Part shown: piece after piece, positions 12,301-22,470 of the stretch
Layout of the letters: each line of letters starts with the position of its first letter
Position numbering within the stretch: the first letter of the stretch is position 1
Origin: Trypanosoma brucei
Lineage: Eukaryota
Length of the DNA stretch: 64,000 nucleotides
Reading direction: 5' to 3'
Assembly: GCA_000002445.1 (NCBI GenBank)
Contig: CM000208.1
Location: 2,720,001-2,784,000 of the forward strand
Translations under genes and position numbers: made by a program
The notes under the pieces: generated by a model
What the model saw: the letters and a program-made list of their open reading frames with translations, nothing else
Told to the model about the DNA's origin: nothing
The model's database searches: none

Positions 12301-13433
12301 AACAGGAGGAGGTAGGTAAGATTGACAAGTGTCGGGGAACCGGAACTACATCGGCTACTGATGCAACCGCTGGAGTGGATGTAGAATTGAGCTGTGAATG
12401 CACGGATGGTGAGCTCCCATCGCTGCATGAGACTGCCCATCACTGGCGGACTGTTCGGCGGTTCCTTTGCAAGGTTTCAGGTTCCCCATTTTCTCGCGTT
12501 CCTTTTGCGCCATCGGTGTTGGAACGAATAGCCCTAATCCTCGTTCACACCTGTCCTGACCTCGAACTGCTTTTAGGGTCATTACTTACCCTTTTGTTAC
12601 AACATCAGAGGCAGCAGCTTAATAAGAAACTTTTTGCCTTTTGCACGAAATCAACAGATGGACCAATGAATGCGGGGCAGGACGATACCACGTCTCCTAT
12701 TACCCCGCGGTTGTTGTCGAGTCTTTGTGGATTGTTGGTGATAAATGGAGTGAAGGGGCGTGGTGTGTTGGAGTGGCGTACCCGTAGGGGTGCTCCCAGT
12801 TGTGGCAGTGAGGAGGAAAAAGTCTCACTCTGTGAGTGGCACTGCTCCTGCTTTGAAAGTGTCATGCAGGATAGCCATTCGTCTTGTGAGGGCCAAGATA
12901 CTCGTGGGAGTGGTCGTGGCGCTGCGAGTGTTGCAGGTGGCGAGGACGCGATGGAAGTAACGAAAATCGGGCAAACTGGAGTTGAAGCGAAGTACCTTGT
13001 GGGCAGCGTCGTGCTTGGTATAATCGTAGGGGACAGTAAATGGAAGTCATTTTCTGCTGACAACTACAACGTGGCGCTTTTTCTCGACTCAATCCAAAAT
13101 GACGATAGGGGTGTGTGCGCCAGGGGTTCCAGTGCTACTGACGGAAAGGGCGTTTTCCCCCTAGGAGTTGTGCTTCCGTCGGTGCAGATGACTTCTCTAT
13201 ACCCCGCGGGTGTGCGTCAACGTGTCACAAGCATCAAAGATGTTTTTCGGGAGATGCAGCCCGATCAGCGCTCACGAGTGCGGCAATCTCTATCGCAGAG
13301 GGAGCGTACGGAGGTGGGGGGAATGCTTGCTGATTTTATCTTACCCGGGGCTGACGCAGAGGAGTGTGATGGAGACATTGTGCGTCAATTCACACAACAT
13401 GGGGCTGTGAACGGGGTATGCCACCGTGAGTAG
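9348..13433 (+). CDS. large hypothetical protein (~1360 aa) with no recognisable domain
   Basis: Uninterrupted 4.1 kb ORF on the coding strand of the array. The track start 9270 is a TTG. The first ATG at 9348 lies immediately downstream of a polypyrimidine tract (9286-9336). Antisense ORFs inside it are short and low-complexity. Confidence 0.6.
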   Translation: MLCRRFLESLSAPPAGLTLPLASSRFSYRVSPVLNSNAVGGDTGGVDDRLHVTPFFASLFPNHFAVIGSCAENNNSALSLKCPLTARRVAAAPRVTERVGDRKSSVKAQPLHPWHAIANIKHAVLYGSNGEDGDNNPEPDASGTSQAKCCSFTMLEGSRDAGTSTDAQLHTRGTTDSDCADKEDEELLLTAMRARLARYSVRNDPTTSSNAASICSNNCTDEDTEKAARDSVPHKKPLTLERVMHASAYAFHHTFEALVRDKQDWLAVKLLRRWWHHNPHLFPLELQLQQRKEVADVLRRVRLGGEIIDDRDRQTIAECLSQVPAKKYLVSSALFGRVLMVALRMGDAVMEEEFVLRELLYDAVYGIVCGGCLAGAEDTSEVADTKSCDIGNKHGVGPSDDALVVGVESRSSEGGPKFHLYKEKYEDWLVFVGAIAAAAMLERHAEKLQREHNRGLTYERLVRAVREEYANFMNRACHPQQGQQSWSSVPFSADVKESLPVLPGWAKMLFTTVFRCYEESGVFHISPARRPGNCALLWRNIHAKLLEKFPHVFHAGSTVATLLSLEALEEAAVSAMGTRRLSFVGKEEALCRWRLECLSCKIPFELYGGVLNGGENTDVDNQQNVGDPYNWPFSDLPRTYKQRRARFVASYSTFSHNGDRENLAASSSLADSGRHQLHWKHREFFGSGVCLSSSRPNIPVFTSPEEVYRCERDALDEVADAWRCTVEIFRDYSSLPLLQLDPASSAFSANDSLRGCDGDTALEVSKPSMFVFLRLMSLLASTGNPPNITAEKGSAGDLHFPLVECIERDIIPLCHPSVAAHLRRCCVTHLSRSGTRGVRLLLAQHQLLLSQKLNEDAALERLLTGLLWSGGNGSHEGVCPRGCFSFGSGSLAWQFIAQQRRTFSSSSGWFMLDLILSHLVTLSLSIPDDHRCAVFVSSNMIAVASDNAREDTAVHSSLRGELSCNPPPAQHLYVSLLQLLAWVVEQEEVGKIDKCRGTGTTSATDATAGVDVELSCECTDGELPSLHETAHHWRTVRRFLCKVSGSPFSRVPFAPSVLERIALILVHTCPDLELLLGSLLTLLLQHQRQQLNKKLFAFCTKSTDGPMNAGQDDTTSPITPRLLSSLCGLLVINGVKGRGVLEWRTRRGAPSCGSEEEKVSLCEWHCSCFESVMQDSHSSCEGQDTRGSGRGAASVAGGEDAMEVTKIGQTGVEAKYLVGSVVLGIIVGDSKWKSFSADNYNVALFLDSIQNDDRGVCARGSSATDGKGVFPLGVVLPSVQMTSLYPAGVRQRVTSIKDVFREMQPDQRSRVRQSLSQRERTEVGGMLADFILPGADAEECDGDIVRQFTQHGAVNGVCHRE

Positions 13434-13778
13434 TGTATCTGGGATCGAGGTAGGACGCTTGATGTCCCCATTATTTCAACCTGTCCACCAAAAGTTGTTG
13501 GGCTCTTCGGGCTACTCACCATTTGGCGATGCAAAATGCATATTTCTACCTGTTGTTCACATGTGCACCGTCTGAGGAGCTCGTTCCCATTTTGTGGAGG
13601 GGGCGGCTATTGTTGTGCATGGTTAGTTTTGAGGCATCCCACTGCTTCGTTGATGCCGTCATTAGCACTCTCTTGGCTTGACTGCTCTTTTTCCTTTTGT
13701 GCAATTTGGTTTTTGTCGTGAATGGATCGAGTTTAAGTGGTGATTAGAGCGTGCAGGTGCTGTTTGTGCAATTAACAC

Positions 13779-15692
13779 ATGAGATGCGCACGTTTCTATC
13801 TTATACAGTGGGGGCACACGGTTGCCGCTGGCACCGCCGCACCTCCCCGTCGTAAGCGGCAATTCAACATGAAGGAGGGAGTCAGGGAGCCCCGTCCTCC
13901 CAGAAGCACTGAAGTGAGTGCATCACCAGCTACCGTATCCACACCGTATCGGTCGCCTAGAGGCCTCACGCGCCCCCTTTCTCAACGAGAGGAGTATCGT
14001 GCCTTCCAACAACAGCAGCAAGAGGCCTTGTGCAATCGTGGGATTCCAGGGGAGTGGATGACGCCATTGCCATCACGTGTTGGTATTGACGAGCATGGTT
14101 ATGAGGCTCCCCGAGTTACAAAAGAGGAGCGCCGAACAATGTTACAGCAGGCATTAGAACGCAACGCAGCATCGGTTGTGGAATTCACGGATGGTGGAGA
14201 AAGTGACATTGAAACCCACGGAATGAGTTCTAGCGACTTTCATTCGCGGGATGGATGGACGACGATACCAAAGGAATCGGCACTGTATAGCAACATTTGT
14301 GCGCGTGACGAGCTTCAGTCACGCGCGCGTCACAACTCTTGGTCTCTCTCCCACCTGCGAGGACATGAAAGGGAAACGGGGAACCTGGCAACACCAGGTT
14401 CGTCGGCTGAATCTATGGACAAGGACTGTGTTTCCGTCGCCTCTGAAGACGTTATTGATGCTTCACGAAGACGGCGACATCAGGACGAAGGTTCCTATAC
14501 AAATGTGTTGGGGGGCGATTTGTTAGAACCGAACTTTGAGAGCATTGGGCAGCCGCGCTCAACTTATGGGATGCGCAAGTTGTTTGTTGCTGGGCTTACA
14601 GGTTACGAAGGAATGATCACCAAGGGGGAGGAGGCACTCATATGTGGAGAGTTAATGCTCTTGTTACAGGATCGGCGCGCTGCGTATATCGCAGAAGAAA
14701 CACGTTACTGCGTCAATTTGTACGAAAAAGAGCTTGGAATCCCGGGGAAGGACACACTTGCCTTCGCAATGGACCGTGCCCCCACTCTACAGGCAGTGCT
14801 GGAACGGTTCTTTCATCTCGGTATTATTCCAAGTTTGCCCAACATATGCCAAGTCAACGAGATGATCGGTAACTTCTCGGGGTATCCCGTCCACAAGAAA
14901 CCGCACACAGTAGGACCATACGTTGGTATAATGAATCTCGTTTCGACCACTGTGATGCACATGCAGCACGTAGACAGCCCCTGGTTCCCCCGCATACATA
15001 TGAGCCCACGGTCCCTTTTCATCGTGGAACAACCGTGTTTAGGGGAGTACAAAATGGGTTACAAACAAACACACCAGCCCTTTCACGCCTTTGAATATGC
15101 TACGCGTGTATCTAAAGATTATCGCATCGAGGTGATGTTTGCTACGGTTGAGGTCTCACACATGCGGTGCCTTCGTGAGGCCGTCGGCCTCACCGACTAT
15201 GCACGGGTCAAACAGCTTGATGGAGGGGGTTCTGACGGTGTTCCAAGGCGTCAGGAGCCTCAGTTGACCGAAACGGCTTCGTCAAAATCGTGCGTAACAC
15301 GGAGTGGGGAGGAAAATGATATGTCCTTGTTTGTCGGTTCAGCTGATAGGTGGATTGAACGTCTGCAACGTCAGCTTCATGCGGCTGAAGTCGATAATCG
15401 TGGGTCTTCTGGGAGAGAGACGGCAAGCGTTCAAGGCCCCTGCCATGATGGCAATTTGCTCAGGGAACAACTACTTGCTACGGGGAGCATTGGTTCAAAG
15501 TCACGACCATTTGAAACTTCTAACGCAGCGGCGGAAAATGGTGGAGGAGCGAACCAGTCGAGGCGCCGGATAATGGCTCTGAAGGCACGCTACGAGCTTG
15601 CAAAGAAGTTAAGAGAGGAGCGTGGACCGGAGGTGTCTAGTGGTATGCGCGTCATCAAGGGCCACTCACCGTTGGAAAAGCCAAGGCTGTAG
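13779..15692 (+). CDS. hypothetical protein (~637 aa), with an alternative start at 13869
   Basis: Long ORF beginning at an ATG at 13779 after a polypyrimidine tract (13664-13720). A second in-frame ATG lies at 13869 (MKEGVREPRPP...). No confident domain assignment was possible. Confidence 0.6.
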   Translation: MRCARFYLIQWGHTVAAGTAAPPRRKRQFNMKEGVREPRPPRSTEVSASPATVSTPYRSPRGLTRPLSQREEYRAFQQQQQEALCNRGIPGEWMTPLPSRVGIDEHGYEAPRVTKEERRTMLQQALERNAASVVEFTDGGESDIETHGMSSSDFHSRDGWTTIPKESALYSNICARDELQSRARHNSWSLSHLRGHERETGNLATPGSSAESMDKDCVSVASEDVIDASRRRRHQDEGSYTNVLGGDLLEPNFESIGQPRSTYGMRKLFVAGLTGYEGMITKGEEALICGELMLLLQDRRAAYIAEETRYCVNLYEKELGIPGKDTLAFAMDRAPTLQAVLERFFHLGIIPSLPNICQVNEMIGNFSGYPVHKKPHTVGPYVGIMNLVSTTVMHMQHVDSPWFPRIHMSPRSLFIVEQPCLGEYKMGYKQTHQPFHAFEYATRVSKDYRIEVMFATVEVSHMRCLREAVGLTDYARVKQLDGGGSDGVPRRQEPQLTETASSKSCVTRSGEENDMSLFVGSADRWIERLQRQLHAAEVDNRGSSGRETASVQGPCHDGNLLREQLLATGSIGSKSRPFETSNAAAENGGGANQSRRRIMALKARYELAKKLREERGPEVSSGMRVIKGHSPLEKPRL

Positions 15693-16101
15693 TCGACTTT
15701 TTGTAGTAGTCACTTCTTTTGGGTGCCTGCACCCCTGGTATTTCATCTGCTTCGGCTCGTGCTGATTTACCGTGTGGGCGAAGGTGGATCCTCTATGCTT
15801 TCTGATGCAAAGTTGCTATTCCCATTGTTCTAGAATTCGCTTGCCTCCTCGAATTCAGTGGGATAGGGGAGGTGGTTGCGATGGTGGTTTGTGATGATGG
15901 TGGCTGAGGGGGGAGAACAAAGGACACAGGGCTGTGTAGGTCGTGTTTTATGATTCCATTGGTCTTTTGCCCGATGCGTACTATTGGTGTGCAAGTTGTG
16001 GAGGGATGCTGTTGGTGACGGTTTGTTTCCCCCACTTTTTTCACTCATTTTTCTTCTTTTTGTGCACTATCGGGTAAGCATCTCTAATAAATGTGGTTGC
16101 C

Positions 16102-16104
<3 letters not shown>

Positions 16105-16135
<31 letters not shown>

Positions 16136-16157
16136 GTGTGTGTGTGTGCGTGTGTGC
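16105..16157. repeat. (TA)14 followed by (TG)n
   Basis: tatatatatatatatatatatatatatacctgtgtgtgtgtgtgcgtgtgtg. Confidence 0.95.
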
Positions 16158-16440
16158 TCCACTGCACTCTAAGTAGCAGGACCATCACTTTGAGTTCTCT
16201 CTCTTCCTTTTAAATTCCTGGAACGGTACGGCCTCGTGAGGGGAAGGGGAGAGTCATTTATGTTTCTGCCTTCATATCTATATATTTTTTTTTGCTTCAT
16301 CCACTTTCCCCCGAATAACAACATAAGGTGTAGGCGTGAGGCCTACTTGTGTCTAGTGGCCGTGTGTAGGTGGCAGCGTTGCAACAACGCTGTGAGAACG
16401 CCTGCTGTGGCTTTTCTGCGGAGGGGTGGAGAGAAGCTTC

Positions 16441-17454
16441 ATGTGGCGCCGGGGGATTTTACTTCTCGCACCACCTCGCGTGCTCTGTCTTACAATGGCG
16501 CCAGGTGGGACTATGGCGACGGCGCTCACGCAACTCGGTTACAAGCCGTACACATTTCGTCACACATTTACAGAGGGACGCGTCGGCACGCATCCGCAGG
16601 AGTGGTGCGCGGTTCTTGACAAGGAGAAGGCTTTTGACTCCACTATTTTAGGGAACTCGCAGTGTGGGGCCGCAACAGCGGGTAATGGAGTTAGTTTTGA
16701 TGCACTGGTAGGGCTACCCAGTACATTGGCATTTGAATCCATACTAAGGGAGTGCCCTTTAAGCACACGTGTTATTCTCGTAGAAGAGACTGACAAGGAT
16801 GCCTGGATGAGAGAGGCGGAAACAACGTGGGAACTGCTTTTGCAGCAGACGGAGCGGGCGGCGCGGCGACGTGCGGGCGCGTACCTTCACAAAATGGTCC
16901 AGAAAATGACCACGGGCATAGTGAGTGGGGGATGTGGAAAAAGAAAACAAATATCACCAGTTGCTTTTATTGATATGCTTGAGGAGCGCATCAAAAAAAC
17001 TGTTCCACGGGATCGGTTGCTCGTATATCGCTACGGTGATGGCTGGGAGCCGTTATGCCGCTTCCTCTCCAAGCCTCTTCCAACTGGAGACGGTACCGAA
17101 CCTCTGCCTTTCCCAGCGCGTGACGACGGTACATCTGACGTGGCCTATTTGGCCGATCGACTGCAGCGTGTTGATCGAGTTGTCTGGTGGGCAACATGTT
17201 GCCTTGTCGCTGCCGCTATTGTAATTTACACACCCTTCTGCGCTCAACTGCGTGACATTGTGGCGGAATATTACGTGGACTATCGTTCCTCCTTTGAACC
17301 CCTTTTGGAAGAGAGCGCTGCTTCTGGTGGCAAACTCACACTCCGCCGGGCTCTCGTTTTGGCGAAAAATACAACAATGGCTTTTGAAGAGAAGTTAAAT
17401 GAGCGTGGGGGTGTTGTTGGGGCGGCGGGTGAGGCGCTGAGTAAACTTACATAA
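16441..17454 (+). CDS. Sulfotransferase-family (Sulfotransfer_4/PF17784-like) protein with a C-terminal hydrophobic segment. Alternative starts lie at 16495 and 16513.
   Basis: The track start 16426 is a GTG. In-frame ATGs are at 16441, 16495 (MAPGGTMATALTQ) and 16513. FDALVGLPSTLAFESILRECPLSTRVILVEETDKDAWMRE and LLVYRYGDGWEPLCRFLSKPLPTGDGTEPLPFP resemble the conserved Sulfotransfer_4 blocks (..yP.AKvIlt.Rd...W..S and GWEPLC.FLg.pvP...FPh.N). A predicted transmembrane stretch VVWWATCCLVAAAIVIYTPFCA lies near the C-terminus. Confidence 0.5.
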   Translation: MWRRGILLLAPPRVLCLTMAPGGTMATALTQLGYKPYTFRHTFTEGRVGTHPQEWCAVLDKEKAFDSTILGNSQCGAATAGNGVSFDALVGLPSTLAFESILRECPLSTRVILVEETDKDAWMREAETTWELLLQQTERAARRRAGAYLHKMVQKMTTGIVSGGCGKRKQISPVAFIDMLEERIKKTVPRDRLLVYRYGDGWEPLCRFLSKPLPTGDGTEPLPFPARDDGTSDVAYLADRLQRVDRVVWWATCCLVAAAIVIYTPFCAQLRDIVAEYYVDYRSSFEPLLEESAASGGKLTLRRALVLAKNTTMAFEEKLNERGGVVGAAGEALSKLT

Positions 17455-18397
17455 ATTGGAAATTCTTCGCAGCTACAGCTCAGAGGAGGCCTTGTAGGTT
17501 TGGGCATATCGAACCGTGGTGCTGGTGCTGGTCGTGGTGGCAGAGTGTGCCAGGGAGAGTTGTTTGTGGACTGGAGAGGGCACGAAATAGACAAAAAGAA
17601 AGGACCGAGCAGATAAAGGGGTAGCGAAGTCAGGCGTTTCTTGCCTTTTTTGTTTTGCTTTTGCTTTTTGTCTCAAAAAAAAAAAAATACGCGCAGCTTC
17701 ACTTAACGAGTCGAGTGGTTGCATTAGTCCAATTAGCGGCATTTGTCACACCGGGGCTAGAATGTGTGTCTACCCACCTGTGTACTATATGCTTTCTCGT
17801 CGTTGATTCCAATGAAACACTTTCCTCTTGGCGTTTTTTTCTTTTCGTTGACACGTGTGATTCTGTTTCTACTCTTCATTCTTTTCTCTGATTGCGCTGT
17901 ATAATTCAAATAGAGCGAACGAAGTACGCAGTAGTGACGAGTTTTTCATTTCCCCTCCCCTCTTTTTTTTTTGTTTATTCGTTTGTTCATTTGTTTTCTG
18001 GTGTTTCGGCCATTGTTGCTTGTGTCACTGTCCGAAAGTGGGGAAGGTGGCCGTACACCCGTAACAGCAGCCAACGCGACCTACTAGATTAGAAGCACAG
18101 AATAAGGGGAGGAAGCAGCGTGTGCACGCGGGAGGGGTGAAATAGGGGTTGAGTCGTTAAGTTTCTTCACGATTTTGATTGTCGGGGAGAAAAGATCTTT
18201 AGAAGGGGTTGGGCACTGAGGGGGAAGGGGGAGGATAAGAGAAGGAAAAAAAAAGACAAGAGAATAGTTAAATAATCAGCCGCGGCATCACGGAGTGTTA
18301 AAACATAAGATATCAAATATAGTTCACTGAGTGTGAAGTTGCAACAAGTGAAGGTTGACGCTAAAGTAAAGTCATCAATTTTTAAAAAAAAAAAACG

Positions 18398-19678
18398 ATG
18401 TCTGTTGCGTCTTCGACCGGTAGCGTGAGCGACAGTGATGTTGCGTCTTACAACCCATTTGAAGGCCTCCCTCCCACTCCCCGCAGCGAGGAGGACGATA
18501 TCCGGAAGGGTATATTCGGTCGGGTGTTGCGTCTACTTCGTACCGTAGACGCGGAAGAAAGGGCCCGTTGGCGGAAAGCCATTGAAGAAGCTGCTACCGC
18601 TAAGCAAATGGCATCTCGGGGTGAAAATAAAAAGAAGCCCCAGTTACAGGAGGATGCCGAGGGTATTGGTGGCTCGGCAGCTGTGGATCGAAGCTGTAGT
18701 GGGACGGTTCTTGTGGAGACATCTGGGGCTGTGAAGCGGCCACGTGATGAGGAGGAGGGCGGTATTTCCAAGGTACCGAAGGAAGAGAATCAGGAAAAAC
18801 ATTGTGAGGTTTCACAGGATCAACGTAAACACGATCCCTCGGACGGGGATTATATCGCAGCGTACTTGCGCACCCTTCTGGATAAGGTTATTGGTTTGAG
18901 CCTCCAGGAACTCCCCGTCGATGCCCTTCGCGTGTTATGCATAATGCTCGGCATACCACTGTCAAACAGCAAGAGCAAGATGGTGTACTATAGTAAGCTC
19001 GCTAGTTTCTACTACACAAACTGTGAAAAACTCGGAAAGAGAGTGTCCAAGTCTTTCCATGTTTTTGAGCAGTTCAGGCGCGACGAGGAAGTGCGGCAGA
19101 AAATTTTTTCACAGAACTACACATCTCGTACTTCCACGAGTAGAACAAACTCAAAAGCTACTTCCTTAGAGAAGCAATCTAGAAGTTCTGCAGTCAAAAA
19201 CACCAAGAAGGGTGCAAATCAGCAGACTTCAGGAGACGGGGAGAGCACTGTTTCCTCAACGCAGGGGACTGCGGTAGCTAGTAAAAGGTCTTCTAAACCG
19301 CGTGTGGCCGCAAGCAAGTCAACCCCTGCAGTATTAGATAATGGCATTGTACACCGCGTGGATGAGGAACTGGAGGTGAAACACCATGGAAAGATGTTCG
19401 TTGCTCATGCCAGCAGCCGTAATCAGTTTGCTTCGGCGTCTGGCGGAATGGATGATGAAGTGGCTACGGAGGACGCGTGGACCAGTACAAAACTTGAGGG
19501 TGCGGTTGCTTCTATTATTCATCTGCACGACCCAGTCACTACCGCAATTGTTGTTAGGAAGTTAGCACAGATGGGATACAAAAGTGCGACCGCTGAACAA
19601 ACCGTAGAGGTGATTTTACACCGGTTTCACGACAGGCAGTTTATTTTCTACGATAATGGCATGGCATTTCTCCTTTAG
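18398..19678 (+). CDS. hypothetical protein (426 aa), acidic/basic and low-complexity, with no confident domain
   Basis: Clean ATG at 18398. The ORF lies on the coding strand, with a polypyrimidine tract upstream at about 17940-18020. Lysine/serine-rich central region. Confidence 0.6.
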   Translation: MSVASSTGSVSDSDVASYNPFEGLPPTPRSEEDDIRKGIFGRVLRLLRTVDAEERARWRKAIEEAATAKQMASRGENKKKPQLQEDAEGIGGSAAVDRSCSGTVLVETSGAVKRPRDEEEGGISKVPKEENQEKHCEVSQDQRKHDPSDGDYIAAYLRTLLDKVIGLSLQELPVDALRVLCIMLGIPLSNSKSKMVYYSKLASFYYTNCEKLGKRVSKSFHVFEQFRRDEEVRQKIFSQNYTSRTSTSRTNSKATSLEKQSRSSAVKNTKKGANQQTSGDGESTVSSTQGTAVASKRSSKPRVAASKSTPAVLDNGIVHRVDEELEVKHHGKMFVAHASSRNQFASASGGMDDEVATEDAWTSTKLEGAVASIIHLHDPVTTAIVVRKLAQMGYKSATAEQTVEVILHRFHDRQFIFYDNGMAFLL

Positions 19679-21139
19679 CAGCAGTTAGTGCAGTGTTTGG
19701 TGGGGTTTGCTCATTCTGTGTGTTTGTGTTGTAAAGCCGCGGCACCGTATGATTGATCACGTGACAATTTTCCTTTTCCTTTTTTTTTCTGCCCGTGTGT
19801 TCCTGTATGAGCGTGTGGTGTTACGGCCGTTGCACGCGGGAATGTTTTTGTTCTTTTTTCCCCCTTCTCCACCCCAAGGCGGCGGTCGCTTCACCATGAA
19901 GCCGTGGCTCTGGAAGAGGTCGTGTGTGCGTGCGTATGTGGGGTGACAACACCGACTTGAGTCAAATAACATGAGAGAGGGTTAAAGTAAGGAGAGCACT
20001 TACATTACTGTTTCGTTTGAGAATACACTCGATCTTACTGTCCCCTTATTCCTATTTTCCTTCGGCTCGCTTCTATTCCCTCCTGTGCTCGTTTATTTCA
20101 ACTGATGCACACAGATGTGGTTACGAGGGAAGTACGGCTCACTATTTCAATTTTTCCCCCTTCTGACTTTTTTTTTTGTCGCATGAGGTACCGACGTTTT
20201 TCTCGCGAATTTCACGTTGTTATATTCCCCCCCTTTTGTTATACACTGAAAGGGGGATTGGGGAGGTGGGTTGGGGGGGGGGTATTGTTGACTTGGATTG
20301 CATGCCGGTCCCACCACACGAGTGTTACAGTGAGCGTGGCGGGGAGGGGTGTGAAGGGAAAGCGAAGTGGAGATGCGGGATAAAGGGGATAGGGAGGGGA
20401 AATTTGTTTAATTAGTGACTCGCAACACGGCAGCGGCGGCATTCGTAGCAGCAACTGCAGTTGACTACGGTTCATTTTTTTACTCTGTTTTATCTGCGCT
20501 CGCGTACTGTGACATATGGGAAAGGGAAGGCGGAAGTTGTTGTCCCTTCATGTGGGGTGAGCTTTACGTTTAGCGGGAGCAAGATTGAATGCCCTTGTGA
20601 TGGTGACGTGTGAGGAAAGGATGGGAGGGATGAAGATTGAAGGAAACATAAGTGTGTAGTAGAAGGAGGCGCATAGTAGAAGCGTGTAGTGGAGAGAACG
20701 TTTACTGTTACTTCATGTTGTCCCTTTTGCTTACAACCCCTATGTTGTTATTTTCTCCTTACACTTCACCTGTTTAATGCTCATGCCGCTGCCGTTTCCA
20801 CCGCTCGCTAGTGAGATTGTTTCCTCCCCTATGGAGTGTTTGTATGCGATCGCTTCCTTTGCTTTTCTGTTCCTTTATGTGAAAGCTTGTAAAAGGAAGG
20901 AAGGGAAATTTGAGCGAGTACAAGCCCACCTCTGTGCGGGAAAATAACAGGAAGGAGAAGCCGTAACAGCACTAACGGCGGAATTGCGCGCTGTTAGGGC
21001 GAACTGGCAGTGATAGTTGGACCATTTGCAGGTACACGTGTGCCATTGTATCACATACCTGTTGCATTCGTCGCGCTTGAGGGTTGCAAGAGTAGCGGTA
21101 GTACCGAAACGCGGTCTCTTTCCTACTTGGGGAAACGTG

Positions 21140-21493
21140 ATGCAACCCCCAACCCCACCTATGACGCCATTCGAGCAAAGGGCTACACAGGCTTTTCAGA
21201 GTGTGGGCGCCTTGCGCATGCAATCCAACATTTTACATCGCAGTGCAGCCTTCTGCATGGAACGGTGCCTTGACACGGAGGAGTTGTACACCTTGCTGCG
21301 GACGTCGCAGGCGCCCATTCGGTATCGCCTCGATACCGATCTCGCTGAGAAGAAATGTGCTTCGAACTGCAGTGCGAAGTGGGACGAATTGTATCGTGCG
21401 ACGGCAATGCGACTGAATGAGGAGGCGGTGCGGCGGGTTCAGATGCGGCAAATGCAGAACATGATGAATGCGATGCAGGGGGGAGGGGTCTAG
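21140..21493 (+). CDS. small Tim-like (Tim8/9/10/13 family-like) twin CX3C zinc-finger protein
   Basis: Two C-x3-C motifs, FCMERC and KCASNC, separated by 29 residues, in a ~117 aa protein with helical flanks and a Q/M-rich tail. The track ORF 21017 begins upstream with no polypyrimidine context. The first sensible ATG is at 21140 (MQPPTPPMTPFEQ...). Confidence 0.5.
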   Translation: MQPPTPPMTPFEQRATQAFQSVGALRMQSNILHRSAAFCMERCLDTEELYTLLRTSQAPIRYRLDTDLAEKKCASNCSAKWDELYRATAMRLNEEAVRRVQMRQMQNMMNAMQGGGV

Positions 21494-22072
21494 TGCGAAT
21501 GCCCCCATGAAGGACGTGTGCGCGTACGTTGCTGTCGCGGAGAAATAAGAGAGCGATAGTGGCGAGGGGGCGTGTAGTTGTGTTGACGGTGTCTAAGCCG
21601 AAGGTGACGAATAGCTGTTTCCAATCAGTTGTTCGAACGGCCGTGCTTCGGTTCCCGTTGTTCTATGAAAAGGTAATAGGTGGATTTTGATTCACTTTGA
21701 CTAAACTCTTGGCTCGTTATTAACGTTTTCTCTGTTCATCTTTCACCTTGCAATATCTACGATTTCCTGTAGGTGACGGGTCTGTGGTCTTTGTTGGTAA
21801 GTTCGCCGTCATCAGATGTACTTCTTTTCGCCCTCATGTGTCTTGATTCAACTTGCCCATCGCAACTTTTTTGGTCATCATTGATTGTGTTGGTTTTATT
21901 TCATGTGGGGTGTAGCAACCACGTGGAGACAGACATCAAAAGAGGGCGGAGGAACTAACATAAGCGGACAAACCGAAGACAAGGGGCGTAGGGAAGCATT
22001 TGAGTTGTTACTGTTGTGCACAGGTCAGCGCCTTTCTATCTTCCAACAAATACATCACCGGCTTTTGAGCGG

Positions 22073-22378
22073 ATGTACCTTGCGGTTTTCCAGGAGTTTG
22101 CTCATTCAAAGGTTTTGGAGCGCATCCAAAGCGAGGACATTTGCCGAGTTGACGTGGCCCCGATGCCGTGCAGTTCGGCAAAGTCGGAGGAGGAGTTGGC
22201 TGTGGTGCGGGCATCTGCGAAATTAATTATTGAGGATCCCGAAAAGGAGAATGAGGAGGCGGTTGAGGCGGCACTCGCCACCCTTGGTGGGTTGGGGTTC
22301 AGTATTACGCACCGTCATCCAGTTACATCGGCAGGTTGCCCGATGCGGGACCGTGTCATATTAACATACACCGGATGA
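22073..22378 (+). CDS. candidate unannotated small protein (~101 aa) of unknown function
   Basis: ORF on the coding strand lying between the small-Tim stop (21493) and RPS3 (22748), with its own upstream pyrimidine-rich region (about 21700-21900). The track start 22016 is a GTG, and the first ATG is at 22073. The acidic, helical C-terminal half (SEEELAVVRASAKLIIEDPEKENEEAVEAALATLGGLG) is not low-complexity. Confidence 0.25.
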   Translation: MYLAVFQEFAHSKVLERIQSEDICRVDVAPMPCSSAKSEEELAVVRASAKLIIEDPEKENEEAVEAALATLGGLGFSITHRHPVTSAGCPMRDRVILTYTG

Positions 22379-22470
22379 AGTGGCTTGACCCCGGTGACGG
22401 TACTTGTAGGCAGGTGTATGAGGCATGGCGTCACTGGGCAGACAAACGGCTCGAACGTGGTGCGTCAACA

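Noticed and set aside
13779-15692. Possible AlkB/2OG-Fe(II) oxygenase-like region (CVNLYEKELGIPGKD … LFIVEQPCLGEYKMGY)
   Set aside because: The expected HxD…H iron-binding triad cannot be located in the right spacing, so the resemblance is not supportable from sequence alone. The gene is left as hypothetical.
20440-20475. T7 run after a GC-rich segment (…gttgactacggttcattttttt), a possible Pol III terminator of a small RNA
   Set aside because: The upstream 100 nt contains no recognisable A/B box, tRNA, snRNA or 7SL-like structure. An isolated T-run is common in these intergenic regions.
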